DNA from: an uncultured Thermoleophilaceae bacterium
Lineage (GTDB): Bacteria > Actinomycetota > Thermoleophilia > Solirubrobacterales > Thermoleophilaceae
DNA: 64,000 nt
NCBI GenBank assembly: GCA_963802855.1
Contig: CAWDJP010000007.1
Location: 96,035-160,034 of the forward strand
Reading direction: 5' to 3'
Both the position numbers and the translations under genes were made by a program. Numbering within the stretch: position 1 is the stretch's first letter; each line of letters starts with the position of its first letter. Under the pieces are notes generated by a model, which worked only from the letters and a program-made list of their open reading frames with translations, had not been told where the DNA came from and searched no databases. Positions 10,313-20,295 of the stretch are shown here, in pieces.

Positions 10313-11358
10313 GACACCATGGCGGCGGCCTTCTCGAGCGCCGGGCGGTACGTCGGGTCGCGCAGCAGCGCCTGGCGGATGCCCTCGCCGAGGATGCCGG
10401 CCTCGCCGCGCGAGGCGCCCATCACGGTCCAATGCGACTCGCTGCCGTCGCGGGTGCGGCGGGTGGCCCCGAGGCCGCCCTCGCCGCGGTCGAGTGCGAT
10501 GCTCATGCCCGAGGCCGTGTGCACCTCGATCCCCGCCAGTCCAGGCGCGTTCTGCATCGTGTCGGGCTCGAGCCGTAGCTCCACGTCCTGACGCCGGGCA
10601 TGCGCGCGCCCGTACAGCGAGCCGTTCTGCGGGATCAGCGCCCCCGGCTCCCAGTCGAGCCGCGACGCGAGCCAGCCGAAGAAGAGCAGCCCCGCGATGG
10701 CGGAATCGGGGCGGTGGCGCGCGGTCACCGCGCTGATCTTCCCCAGCTCGGGGCGCCACTGACGCGGGTCGAACGTGGCGGTGATCCGCTCGCGCCAAGG
10801 CGTCGAGCGCAGCCAGCCGAGGTCGACCACGTAGGCCTCCTCTGCGAGCTGGCGCGCACGAGCGATCGCGGTTGCTGGGTCGGGTTCGTTCACGGAGTCG
10901 ACGAGGACCACCTGCGCCAGATGAAGCAGCGAGTCAACCGCCTCCGGGTGCCCGTGCGGGGACCACAACACGGTCGCCAGGTCGGGCACCACGAGCGGGT
11001 CGACGATCGTGTCGAGACGCGGGAGGTGCTTCGGGCCCACGTCCACGACGAGCTCCTCGTGGCACAGTGCGATGCCCGGCATCTGAACCCCCGGAGCGAC
11101 CGTGGTGGCCCAGGCGTCGAGCGTCTCGCGCCCGGACTCGACCGCGCACAGGATCGTGCGCGACGGGTGGTAGCGCCCCACGTTCTCGAGCCTGTTCTGG
11201 ATCTCCCCCCGCCAGTCGCGGTCGGCGATCACCACCAGGTTGAGGACCCGCGCAGGCACGACCGCGTCGTCCTTTTGATAGCGGTGCTTGAGCAGCTCCC
11301 GCAGCGCCCCCTCGATCGCCGCGGGCGTGGTGTCGCGCTCGTGCCAGACGCCGTCCAT
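10309..11358 (-). CDS. opcA: Glucose-6-phosphate dehydrogenase assembly protein OpcA
   Basis: The reading frame continues from the 977-aa ORF. MDGVWHERDTTPAAIEGALRELL..VLNLVVIA.. matches the usual OpcA N-terminus (..DTT..). An ATG at 11358 was chosen; a GTG at 11400 is an alternative start. Confidence 0.8.
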   Translation of the reverse strand: MDGVWHERDTTPAAIEGALRELLKHRYQKDDAVVPARVLNLVVIADRDWRGEIQNRLENVGRYHPSRTILCAVESGRETLDAWATTVAPGVQMPGIALCHEELVVDVGPKHLPRLDTIVDPLVVPDLATVLWSPHGHPEAVDSLLHLAQVVLVDSVNEPDPATAIARARQLAEEAYVVDLGWLRSTPWRERITATFDPRQWRPELGKISAVTARHRPDSAIAGLLFFGWLASRLDWEPGALIPQNGSLYGRAHARRQDVELRLEPDTMQNAPGLAGIEVHTASGMSIALDRGEGGLGATRRTRDGSESHWTVMGASRGEAGILGEGIRQALLRDPTYRPALEKAAAMVS

Positions 11359-11384
11359 CCAGGAGACGTCGCGCGCGACCTCGC

Positions 11385-12930
11385 TCAGATCGCCCGCCAC
11401 TTGTGCCCCTGAAGCAGGATCTCGTCGGCCTCGGCGGGCCCGCCGGAGCCGGCCGCGTACTGCGGCAGCGGCCCGGGGATCCGCCGACCACGCCTCGAGT
11501 ATCGGGTCGCAGATACGCCACTGAGCCTCGACCTCGTCGTCGCGCGTGAACAGCGTGGCGTCCCCGCGCATCGCATCCATGATCAGCCGCTCGTAGGCCT
11601 CCGGCGACTCCGACAGGAACGACGTGCCGTAGAGGAACTCCATGTTCACCGGGCGGATCCGCATCCGGGTGCCGGGGATCTTCGCCCCGAGCGAGATCGA
11701 GACCCCCTCGTTCGGCTGCATGGTGAGGATGATCTGGTTGGGCTGGACCCCGACCGAGCCCTCCTGCTGGAAGGCCACGTGCGGCACCGGCTTCAGCGTG
11801 ACCGCGATCTCGGTGACCTTGCGCGCCAGCCGCTTGCCGGTGCGCAGGTAGATCGGAACGCCCGCCCAGCGCCAGTTGTCGACCTCGAGCCGCAGCGCCG
11901 CGTAGGTCTCGGTGGTCGAGTCCTTGGGCACGTCGGGCTCGTCGAGATAGCCCCCGACCTGCTCGCCCTCGGACATGCCGGGGCCGTACTGCGCCCGCAC
12001 CGTCATGTTGGGGACGTCCTCCGGCCTGGGAGGGTCGATCGAGTGCAGCACCTTGACCTTCTCACCGCGGACCTCGTCCGCGGTGAACGTCACAGGCGGC
12101 TCCATGCACAGGAGCGTCAGCAGCTGCAGCATGTGGTTCTGCACCAGGTCGCGCAGGGCGCCCGAGGTGTCGTAGTAACCGGCCCGCGTCCCGATTCCGA
12201 TGTCCTCGGCCGAGGTGATCTGCACGTAGTCGATGAAGTTGCGATTCCAGATCGGCTCGAACAGGCCGTTCGCGAACCGGAACGCCAGCATGTTCTGGAC
12301 CGTCTCCTTGCCCAGGTAGTGATCGATCCGAAAGACCTGGCTCTCGTCCAGCACCTCCAGCACGGCCCGGTTGAGCTCCTGTGCCTCGGCGAGGTTGGTG
12401 CCGATCGGCTTCTCGATCACCACGCGCACCTCCGAGCCCTCGTTCTTGTCGAGCCCGTGCTCGCCGAGCTTTCCGACGATCACGGAGAAGAAGGAGGGCG
12501 CGGTCGAGAGGTAGAAGGCGCGGTTGAACACGATGCCGGCCTCCTCGTCGAACTCGTTCGTGATCTCGCCGAGCCGCTCGTAGACCTGCGGGTCGTCGAA
12601 GGAGCCGCTCACGTAGCGCACGTTCTGCAGCAGCGCACTGAGGACCTTGTCGTCGGGCTTGCGGCGCGAGAACTGCTCGATCGACTCGCGTGCGAGGGTG
12701 CGGAAGTCGTCATCGGACATCTCCCCGCGCGAGGAGCCGATCAGATTGAACCGCTCGGGCAGCGCGCCGTCGTGCGCGAGGTTGTAGAGGGCGGGCAGGA
12801 GCTTGCGCTTCGAGAGGTCCCCGGTCGCGCCGAAGATCGTGAGGATCGTCGGGTGGACCGGCAGCCGCTCGAGGCCCTCGGCCAGTGGGTTCTCGGCCTG
12901 TTCGCCCGGCCTGGGCGGAGCGGTGGCCAT
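11385..12930 (-). pseudogene. zwf: Glucose-6-phosphate 1-dehydrogenase, one frameshift near the 3' end
   Basis: ATG at 12930 overlaps the gnd stop. Motifs IFGATGDLSKRKL, RIDHYLGKE and EKPIG are present. The true C-terminus PGPLPQYAAGSGGPAEADEILLQGHKWRAI-stop is in ORF 11385-11576. An extra base in the gggg run at 11475-11478 shifts the frame and fuses the ORF to opcA. Confidence 0.9.
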
Positions 12931-13883
12931 CACTCCGCGTGGGGTTGGCGCTGAGCCACCGGGTCCGCCGCCTTGACCGCGTGCCCGCCGAACTGGTTGC
13001 GCAGCGCGGCGTTCACCTTCGCGGCGAAGGCGTTCTGGCCGCGAGAGGAGAAACGCTCGAACAGCGAGGTCGTGATCACCGGCGTCGGAATGCGCTTGTC
13101 GATCGCATCCTCCACCGTCCACCGGCCCTCGCCCGAGTCCTCGACGAACGGCTCGAGCCGCGCCAAGTCGTTGCCCTCCTGTTCGAAGGCCAGCGCGGCG
13201 AGCTCGCACAGCCACGAGCGCACGACCGATCCCTGCATCCACAGGTGGGCGATCTTCGCGTTGTCCAGCTCGTACTCACTGGCATCGAACAGCGAGAAGC
13301 CCTCGGCATACGCCTGCATGATCCCGTACTCGACGCCGTTGTGCACCATCTTCACGTAGTGCCCGGAGCCGGTCGGGCCGAAGTGGCCCCAGCCGGGCCC
13401 GTGCTCGTCCGTGGTCGGCGGCGCGAGCACGTCCAGGATCGGTGACAGGCGCTCGACCGCCTCGTCGGGGCCGCCGACCATCATGCAGTAGCCGACCTCG
13501 AGGCCCCACACACCGCCCGACGTGCCGACGTCGACGTAGTGGATGCCCTTCGGCTGGAGCGCCTCGGCGCGGCGCTTGTCGTCGCTCCAGCGGCTGTTGC
13601 CGCCGTCGATGATCATGTCGCCCTTCTCCAGCAGCCCGCCGAGCTTGTCGACCGTCTCGTCGGTCGGACCGCCCGCTGGCACCATCACCCAGACGGCGCG
13701 GGGAGCGTCGAGCTGGGAGACCATGTCCTCCAGCGAGGAGACGCCGGACGCCCCGTGCGACTCGGCCTCCTTCACGGCCTCCTCGGAGAAGTCGAAGGCG
13801 ACCACCTTGTGGTCCGAGTCGCGGTGGATGCGGTGGACCATGTTGCCGCCCATTTTTCCCAGCCCTATGAAGCCCAATTGCAT
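12930..13883 (-). CDS. gnd: 6-phosphogluconate dehydrogenase (decarboxylating), short Gnd/YqeC type
   Basis: 317-aa ORF: MQLGFIGLGKMGGNM.., GGNSRWSDD, GTSGGVWG, GSGHYVKMVHNGVEYG. Confidence 0.9.
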   Translation of the reverse strand: MQLGFIGLGKMGGNMVHRIHRDSDHKVVAFDFSEEAVKEAESHGASGVSSLEDMVSQLDAPRAVWVMVPAGGPTDETVDKLGGLLEKGDMIIDGGNSRWSDDKRRAEALQPKGIHYVDVGTSGGVWGLEVGYCMMVGGPDEAVERLSPILDVLAPPTTDEHGPGWGHFGPTGSGHYVKMVHNGVEYGIMQAYAEGFSLFDASEYELDNAKIAHLWMQGSVVRSWLCELAALAFEQEGNDLARLEPFVEDSGEGRWTVEDAIDKRIPTPVITTSLFERFSSRGQNAFAAKVNAALRNQFGGHAVKAADPVAQRQPHAE

Positions 13884-13896
13884 GAGGCTCTCTCCA

Positions 13897-13945
13897 ATGC
13901 TCGGTGGCTAATCCGGGGTGCTCGGTGCTAGGTGCTCGGTGCTCA
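13897..13945. repeat. Direct tandem 14-nt repeat ggtgctcggtgct(a/c) x2 plus one degenerate copy
   Basis: Copies at 13917-13930 and 13931-13944 are identical apart from the last base. A degenerate copy, atgctcggtggcta, lies at 13897-13910. The repeats fill the tal/pgi-gnd spacer, and the last copy overlaps the tal/pgi stop codon. Confidence 0.7.
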
Positions 13946-16663
13946 GATCAACTCCTTGATCCGTTCTGTCAGCTTGCGCAGCGCCTCGGCGGCGTCGCCC
14001 TCCAGTCGCACCCGCTCCGCGGGCAGGCCGTGGTCGCGCAGGGTCAGGATGTCCCCGGTGGCCTGGGCGTTCTTCAGCGTCTTGAAGCTGTAGCCCGCAT
14101 CCGGGATGTCCACGTCCTCGTCACCGTCGTGGATGACCTGCAGGAAGAGGCCCCTCGGCGGGCCGCCCTTGTGGAACTGGCCGGTGGAGTGCAGGAAGCG
14201 GGGGCCGTAGCCGAACGTGGTGGTGGCCTTCGTCGCGTCGCGGATCGTGGCGCGCAGCTCGGTCACGGCCTCGTCGAACACCTCCGAGGGCTGCACGTAG
14301 GCCATGATCGCCACGTAGCTCGGGGGTCCGGCGTCGCCCAGGAGCGCGCGCAGCGCGGCGTCGTCCGCCTCGTCGACGTGCGGCGGCTCAGGGGCGTCGA
14401 GCACCTTGGCGGTGTTGTCCTTGGCCTCCTGCACGTTCGGCTGGTCGAAGGCGTTGATGCCGAGCACCCAGCCCGACACAGCCGTGGCGAACTCCGCGAA
14501 GAAGAAGATCCGACCGAGGTCCTCGGGGCCCCCGGTCGACATCGTGAGCACGGCCTGCCCCGCCTTGCGCAGCTCCTCCGCCTTCGCGTCCAGATCCTTG
14601 TCGGGGTCGTCGCGATCCCGCAGGTAGGCGAACACGCGGTCATCGCCGTAGGCGGCCGGCTCACCCACCGGCTCGTCGGCGACCGGCAGGATGCCGCGCC
14701 CCTGCTTGCCGGTCGACTCCGCGATCAGCTGCTCCACCCATAGCCCGAAGCTGGCGATCGGCTCGGAGACGATGAACGTGAGCTTGTCGCGCCCCTGCAG
14801 CGCCATCTCCCCCATCGCCAGGCCCATCCACAGGCCCGAGTTGGATGCCGAGTTGTCGAACGAGTTGCAGTTCTGCTCGGCCTCCTGCGAGGACTCGAGC
14901 ATCGCCCGTACGTCGACGCCCATCACGGCGGCCGGGACGAGGCCGAAGTACGACAGCACCGAGTAGCGCCCGCCGATGTTCGGGTCGTTCTCGAACACTC
15001 GCCTGAAACCGCGCTCGCGTGCAATGTCCACCAGTCCCGATCCGGGATCCGTCACCGCCACGAACTGGGAGCCGTTGCCGCCCGTCCGCTCGTAGAAGTA
15101 CTTCATGTGCGAGAGCGTCTCGACCGTCCCGCCCGACTTCGAGGAGACGATGAACAGCGTCTTCGACAGGTCGATCGTCCGCTCCAGCTCCAGCACGGCG
15201 CCGGGATCCGTCGAGTCGAGCACGTGGAGGGTGAGGCCGCCCGCGTCGCCGAAGCTACGCCGGATCACCTCGGGACCGAGACTCGAGCCGCCCATTCCGA
15301 GCAGCGCGGCGTTCGTGAAACCGTCCGCCTGTACCTCGTCGACAAAGGCGCGTAGGTCGTCGACGCGTTCGAGCATCGCGTCGGAGATGGTCAGCCAGCC
15401 GAGGCGGTTCCCGATCTCGGGCCCCGGTCCGCCCCAGAGCGTCTCGTCCTTGGCCCAGACGCGGCGGGCGACGCCCTCCTCGACGGCGGCCTGGACGCGC
15501 TTGGCGAGCGGCGCCTCGAGGTCGTCCGGGATCGACGACTCCATCGTGGTCGGGCGGCCGGTGATCGCCGCCTCCTTGCTCGACTCGACGCCCGCGATCA
15601 ACTGGTCGAACGGCGTCACGAAGGCGGCGATGCCGTCCTCGAGCAGCTTCTTGGTCACGTCGCCCATGTCGATCCCCGCGTCCTCGAGCTCCTTCAGCGT
15701 CGCCGAAGGATCGGCATCAGCGGTGGCGCCCTTGACCTCCGCCTTCTCCGCCGCCGCGAGCAGGGTCGCCATCGGCATCGTGTTCACGGTGTGCGGCGCC
15801 ACCAAGCCGTCCACGTACTTGGTCTCCGGGTAGGCGGGGTTCTTCACGCCCGTCGAAGCCCACAGCGGGCGCTGCACCGGCGCGCCGGCGTCGCGCAGCG
15901 CGGCGAAGCGGTCGCCGAGGAATATGCGCTTGAAGCTCATGTAGGCCGCCTGCGCGTTCGCGATGGCGGCCCTACCCTGCAGGTCGGTACGCCCCAACGT
16001 CTCCAGGCGCTTGTCCACCTCGGAGTCCACGCGCGAGACGAAGAAGCTCGCCACCGAGTGGACGCCCAGGTCCTCCCCGGCTTCCTGCCGACGCGCTAGC
16101 CCCTTGATGTAGCGCTCGGTCACGGCCTCGTACGACTCGACCGAGAACAGCAATGTCACGTTCACGTTGATGCCCTCGGCGATCGCCTCCTCGATCGCTG
16201 GGAGCCCGGCCTCGGTGCCGGGGATCTTGATCATCACGTTGGGCCGGTCGACCGATTCCCACAGCTCGCGCGCCTGGCGCAGCGTGGCATCGGTGTCGTG
16301 GGCCAGCGAAGGCTCGACCTCCAAGGAGACGAAGCCGTCGGCACCGTCGGCCTCCTCCCATACCGGGCGCATCACGTCGCAGGCCATCTGCACGTCCTTG
16401 ATCGCCAGGTCGAGGTAGATCGCGGTGGCGTCGAGTCCCTCGCCGGCCAGGCGCTCGATGTCCTCGTCGTAGTCGTCGGAGCCGAGGATCGCCTTCTCGA
16501 AGATCGCCGGGTTGGACGTCACGCCCCGGAGCGAGTCCTCCTCCACCAGCCGCTGCAGCTCGCCCGACTCGATCAGCGAGCGCCGGATCTGATCGAGCCA
16601 GACGCTCGTGCCGGCCTCCGTGAGCGCCGCGAGCCTTTCGTTGACCTGTGCCGCCGTTGCCAT
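13943..16663 (-). CDS. tal: Bifunctional transaldolase / glucose-6-phosphate isomerase fusion
   Basis: 906-aa ORF. The N-terminal ~370 aa are actinobacterial-type transaldolase (SVWLDQIRR, VTSNPAIF, MIKIPGT). The C-terminal ~530 aa are PGI-like (GMGGSSLGPEV, SKSGGTVET). Confidence 0.9.
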   Translation of the reverse strand: MATAAQVNERLAALTEAGTSVWLDQIRRSLIESGELQRLVEEDSLRGVTSNPAIFEKAILGSDDYDEDIERLAGEGLDATAIYLDLAIKDVQMACDVMRPVWEEADGADGFVSLEVEPSLAHDTDATLRQARELWESVDRPNVMIKIPGTEAGLPAIEEAIAEGINVNVTLLFSVESYEAVTERYIKGLARRQEAGEDLGVHSVASFFVSRVDSEVDKRLETLGRTDLQGRAAIANAQAAYMSFKRIFLGDRFAALRDAGAPVQRPLWASTGVKNPAYPETKYVDGLVAPHTVNTMPMATLLAAAEKAEVKGATADADPSATLKELEDAGIDMGDVTKKLLEDGIAAFVTPFDQLIAGVESSKEAAITGRPTTMESSIPDDLEAPLAKRVQAAVEEGVARRVWAKDETLWGGPGPEIGNRLGWLTISDAMLERVDDLRAFVDEVQADGFTNAALLGMGGSSLGPEVIRRSFGDAGGLTLHVLDSTDPGAVLELERTIDLSKTLFIVSSKSGGTVETLSHMKYFYERTGGNGSQFVAVTDPGSGLVDIARERGFRRVFENDPNIGGRYSVLSYFGLVPAAVMGVDVRAMLESSQEAEQNCNSFDNSASNSGLWMGLAMGEMALQGRDKLTFIVSEPIASFGLWVEQLIAESTGKQGRGILPVADEPVGEPAAYGDDRVFAYLRDRDDPDKDLDAKAEELRKAGQAVLTMSTGGPEDLGRIFFFAEFATAVSGWVLGINAFDQPNVQEAKDNTAKVLDAPEPPHVDEADDAALRALLGDAGPPSYVAIMAYVQPSEVFDEAVTELRATIRDATKATTTFGYGPRFLHSTGQFHKGGPPRGLFLQVIHDGDEDVDIPDAGYSFKTLKNAQATGDILTLRDHGLPAERVRLEGDAAEALRKLTERIKELI

Positions 16664-16706
16664 CTCGTCTCCTTGGGTCTCTCGATTCGAAGTCCGGGTC
16701 TAGCAC

Positions 16707-18752
16707 CTAGCTCCGGGCCGGGGCGCCCAGGCGCTCGAGCACCCGCTTGCCGGCCTGCACCACGTGCTCGGCGTCCAAGCCGAAGTGGGGGAACAGGTCC
16801 TTCGCCGGGGCCGATGCCCCGAAGCCGTGCATGCCGAGCGACTCGCCGTCCTCGGTCACCCAGCGCTCCCATCCGAAAGTCGCCGCGGCCTCGAGCGACA
16901 CCCGGGCGCGGCAGCTCGGCGGCAGCACGGAGTCCCGATAACCATCGTCCTGCTCGCCGAAGCGATCGAAGCAGGGCATGCTGACGACGCGGGTCGCGAT
17001 CCCCTCGCCCTCGAGCGCCTCCGCGGCCTCGATGCAGGTCGAGACCTCCGAGCCGGTGCCGATCAGGATCAGCTCCGGCCCCGTGGTCTTGCCCTCCTCG
17101 CGCAGGACGTAGGCCCCGCGCTCGACCGCGTCGTCGGGTATCGCGCCGGGGTCGAGGATCGGCAGGTTCTGACGGCTGAGCACGAGCGCGCACGGCCCGT
17201 CCTCCTGGCGCAGCGCGAATTGCCAGGCGAGCGCCGTCTCGTTCGCGTCGGCCGGTCGCACGGCGTTGACGTTCGGCGTGGCGCGCAGATGCGCCAGCTG
17301 CTCGATCGGCTGGTGGGTCGGGCCGTCCTCCCCGAGTCCGATCGAGTCGTGCGTGTAAACCTCGATCACCGGCAGGTGCATCAGCGCTGCCAGGCGCACG
17401 GCGGCCTTCATGTAGTCGAGGAAGTTGAAGAACGTGGCGCCGAACGCCCGCAGCCCGTGGAGGTTCAGCCCGTTCACGACCGCGCCCATGGCGTGCTCGC
17501 GCACGCCGTAGTGCACGTTGCGCCCGGAGTAGTCGTCGCGTGTGACCGAGCCGCCGCCCTTGATCTCCGTGTTGGTGGAGGGCTCGAGGTCGGCGGAGCC
17601 ACTGACGAGGTTCGGGATCTGCTCCGCGGCCCACTGGATCACCGCCTCGGACGCCTTGCGCGTCGCGATCGGCTTGTCGGCGGGGTCGAAGCGCGGAAGG
17701 TCGGAGTCCCAGCCGGCGGGCAGCCGCCCCTCGATCACCAGGTCGAGCTCCTCGGCCCGCTTGGGATGCGCCGCGCGGTAGGACTCAAGCTGCCCGCGCC
17801 ACGCGTCCTCTGCCTGGGCACCGGCCTTCACCGCCTCGGCGAAGTGCTCGCGGACCTCGTCGGGCACCAGGAAGTGCGCGTCGGGGTCCCAGCCGTAGGC
17901 CTCCTTGGTGAGCCGCACCTCGTCCTCGCCCAGCGGCGATCCATGGGCGGAGTGGGTGTCCTGCTTGTTCGGCGCGCCGTAGCCGATGTGGGTGCGCAGG
18001 ATGATCAGCGACGGCCGGTCCTCCGCGTCCTTGGCGGCCGCGATGGCCTCCTCCAGCCGCTCGAGGGTGATCTCCTCGCCCAGGTTCTGAACGTGCCAGC
18101 CGTATGCCTCGTAGCGAGCACCGACGTCCTCGCTGAAGCCCATCGACGTCGGGCCGGCGAGCTGTATGTGGTTGTCGTCGTAGAAGGCGATCAGCCTGCC
18201 CAGCCCGAGGTGGCCGGCAAGGGAGCATGCCTCGGAGGCCACGCCCTCCTGCATGTCGCCGTCGCTTGCGATCGAGTACGTGAAGTGGTCGATTATCTCG
18301 TGGTCCTTGCGGTTGAAGCGAGCCGCGAGCATCCGCTCGGCCAGCGCCATGCCCACCGCGTTGGCGATCCCCTGCCCGAGCGGCCCGGTGGTGACCTCCA
18401 CCCCCGGGGCGCCCTCGGCCTCGTACTCGGGATGACCGGCTGTTGGGCTGCCGAGCTGACGGAAGTTCATCAGGTCGTCCATCGAGATCCCGTAGCCGCA
18501 GAGGTGCAGGGTCGAGTACAGGAGCATCGACGCGTGGCCAGCGGAGAGGACGAAGCGGTCACGGTCGAACCAGTCCGGGTCCGACGGGTTGTGGTTCATC
18601 GTGCGCGTGTAGAGCTGATACGCCACCGGCGCGAGGGCCATCGGGGCGCCCGGATGCCCTGAGTTCGCCTTCTGCACTGCGTCCATCGAGAGGGTGCGGA
18701 TGGTGTTGATGCTCAGCTCTTCGATCGCCGTCCGCTCGGTGGTCGTGCTCAT
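16707..18752 (-). CDS. tkt: Transketolase
   Basis: 681-aa ORF: [52 protein letters not shown]. Confidence 0.95.
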   Translation of the reverse strand: MSTTTERTAIEELSINTIRTLSMDAVQKANSGHPGAPMALAPVAYQLYTRTMNHNPSDPDWFDRDRFVLSAGHASMLLYSTLHLCGYGISMDDLMNFRQLGSPTAGHPEYEAEGAPGVEVTTGPLGQGIANAVGMALAERMLAARFNRKDHEIIDHFTYSIASDGDMQEGVASEACSLAGHLGLGRLIAFYDDNHIQLAGPTSMGFSEDVGARYEAYGWHVQNLGEEITLERLEEAIAAAKDAEDRPSLIILRTHIGYGAPNKQDTHSAHGSPLGEDEVRLTKEAYGWDPDAHFLVPDEVREHFAEAVKAGAQAEDAWRGQLESYRAAHPKRAEELDLVIEGRLPAGWDSDLPRFDPADKPIATRKASEAVIQWAAEQIPNLVSGSADLEPSTNTEIKGGGSVTRDDYSGRNVHYGVREHAMGAVVNGLNLHGLRAFGATFFNFLDYMKAAVRLAALMHLPVIEVYTHDSIGLGEDGPTHQPIEQLAHLRATPNVNAVRPADANETALAWQFALRQEDGPCALVLSRQNLPILDPGAIPDDAVERGAYVLREEGKTTGPELILIGTGSEVSTCIEAAEALEGEGIATRVVSMPCFDRFGEQDDGYRDSVLPPSCRARVSLEAAATFGWERWVTEDGESLGMHGFGASAPAKDLFPHFGLDAEHVVQAGKRVLERLGAPARS

Positions 18753-18776
18753 CTGTCTCCCTCGTCCGTGATCAGC

Positions 18777-19760
18777 TCAGGCTCCCCTGGGCGCAGTATT
18801 CCCGGTTTCGACTTGCAGCATTTGCTCGGCCAGCAGGCCGGCCCCGATCACGCCGGCGTCGGAGCCCGCCTTGGCGAGCGTCACCGTCGTCCGTTGCCAC
18901 AGAGCCGGCAGTGCGTTGCGGGCGGCCTCCTCCATCGCGGCGTCCATGAATAGGTCCGCCGCTCGCGACAGGCCGCCGCCGATCACCACGTACTGCGGCT
19001 CGAAGGCGTTCACCACGCTTGCGATGCCGAGCCCGAGCCAGCGGCCGTGGCGCTCGAAGAGCGCAAGCGCCTCGTCGTCGCCGTCGTTTGCGATCGCCAC
19101 GGCGTCGCGGCCCTTCACGCGGCCTCTCTCGGCCAGCAGCTTGCCGAGCGCGCCGCCGGGGTTGGCCTTCGCCGCCGCCGTCGCCGCCAGCTCCAGCCCG
19201 GTGCCGCTGCACATCAGCTCGAGCGATCCGGGGCGCGGAAAGCCGGGCTCGGTCGCCTCGAGCGCGGCTCGGCCGTCGACGATCACGTGGCCCAGCTCGG
19301 CACCCAGGCCCGAGTGGCCTCGCTCGATCATGCCGTCGATGATGATCCCGCCCCCCACCCCGGTCCCGAGCGTGAGCATCACGAGGTGCTCTGCGGGCGG
19401 GTCGGGCACGTGCTGGGCCTCGGCGAGCGCGGCGCAGTTGGCGTCGTTGTCGACGAACACCGGCACGCCGAACCGCCTGCCCAGCTCCTCTCGCAACGGC
19501 ACACCCTCCAGCGGGATGTTCACGCTCGCGAGGACGGTGCCGGTCGCGAACTCGACCTGCGACGGAACGCCGACGCCGATCGCGTCCGGAGCGCCGGCGG
19601 CCTCCTGCACCTCGGCCACGCCGGCCTCGATGCCGCGCAGCAGCGAGTCGGTGTCGGACAGGTCGGTCGGGTGCTCGACCGCGTGCAGCGCCACGTCGCC
19701 TTCGATCTGGGCGACGGCCACCTTGGTCCCGCCCACGTCGATGCCGAGCACGTTGGCCAC
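18777..19760 (-). CDS. glk: ROK-family glucokinase
   Basis: 327-aa ORF: LGIDVGGTKVAVA and VFVDNDANCAALAEA. It lies at the 5' end of the pentose-phosphate operon. Confidence 0.75.
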   Translation of the reverse strand: MANVLGIDVGGTKVAVAQIEGDVALHAVEHPTDLSDTDSLLRGIEAGVAEVQEAAGAPDAIGVGVPSQVEFATGTVLASVNIPLEGVPLREELGRRFGVPVFVDNDANCAALAEAQHVPDPPAEHLVMLTLGTGVGGGIIIDGMIERGHSGLGAELGHVIVDGRAALEATEPGFPRPGSLELMCSGTGLELAATAAAKANPGGALGKLLAERGRVKGRDAVAIANDGDDEALALFERHGRWLGLGIASVVNAFEPQYVVIGGGLSRAADLFMDAAMEEAARNALPALWQRTTVTLAKAGSDAGVIGAGLLAEQMLQVETGNTAPRGA

Positions 19761-19848
19761 GGGCCATTCTGCCCGTCTAGCGGCGCCGGATGCAAGGGGG
19801 CGTGGGTGACTTCACCGCGAGGTAAGGGCCGACCGCCAACCTGGCCGG

Positions 19849-20295
19849 GTGACCCGTCTCGGCCCGCGCATCGCCGCCCTCGTGGCGCTCGGAGCCGCCG
19901 CGACGGCCGTCTTCGCGGCCGCGCTTGGCACCGGCGCCGACGAGGTGGCCGAGCGAGCGGGCCCGCGCGAAGCGCCGCGGGCGCCGTCGGCGCCCCGGGC
20001 GAGGCCCCGCCCCCGGACTAAGCGTGAGGATCGCGAATCCGGGGTGAGTGTGCCGCCGAGCGTCATGGCCAACCGGCGCACACCGCTCGAGTCCTGCTCT
20101 CCGGGCTGGCCCATCGACGCGGCGCTCACAAGCACGAGTCCTGAGAGAGCGATCCGCGGCGCCTCACCAGCTATCGACCATCGTGAGCTCCTCGCTCACG
20201 CGGGTGAGCGTGAAGACGCGACTGGCGAATCCGCGCGGACGGACCACGATCACGTCGAAAGCGTCGCTGTCGTGCGCCCTCAGGATCGCCCTTAG
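19849..20295 (+). CDS. Hypothetical protein with signal-peptide-like N-terminus (3' end doubtful)
   Basis: GTG start. VTRLGPRIAALVALGAAATAVFAAALG.. has G/C-rich third positions for about 55 codons. The remainder overlaps the STAS gene on the other strand and looks non-coding. Confidence 0.25.
   Translation: MTRLGPRIAALVALGAAATAVFAAALGTGADEVAERAGPREAPRAPSAPRARPRPRTKREDRESGVSVPPSVMANRRTPLESCSPGWPIDAALTSTSPERAIRGASPAIDHRELLAHAGEREDATGESARTDHDHVESVAVVRPQDRP

Noticed and set aside
8912-10798. 628-aa ORF spanning pgl and parts of the neighbouring genes
   Set aside because: Only the middle part (pgl) is protein-like. The flanks are Arg/Pro/Gly-rich out-of-frame translations of opcA and the GH15 gene.
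10309-13242. 977-aa ORF that looks like a bifunctional Zwf-OpcA fusion protein
   Set aside because: The normal Zwf C-terminus and stop are present in another frame (11385-11576). A single surplus g in the run at 11475-11478 explains the read-through into the overlapping opcA frame.
16764-18662. Long antisense ORFs such as 16764-18662 (+, 632 aa), 53158-54918 (-, 586 aa), 42263-43807 (-, 514 aa), 8053-9513 (+, 486 aa) and 2522-3967 (+, 481 aa)
   Set aside because: These are typical shadow ORFs of very GC-rich DNA. Their translations are dominated by Arg/Gly/Pro/Ala with no recognisable motifs, and each is fully overlapped by a well-supported gene on the other strand.
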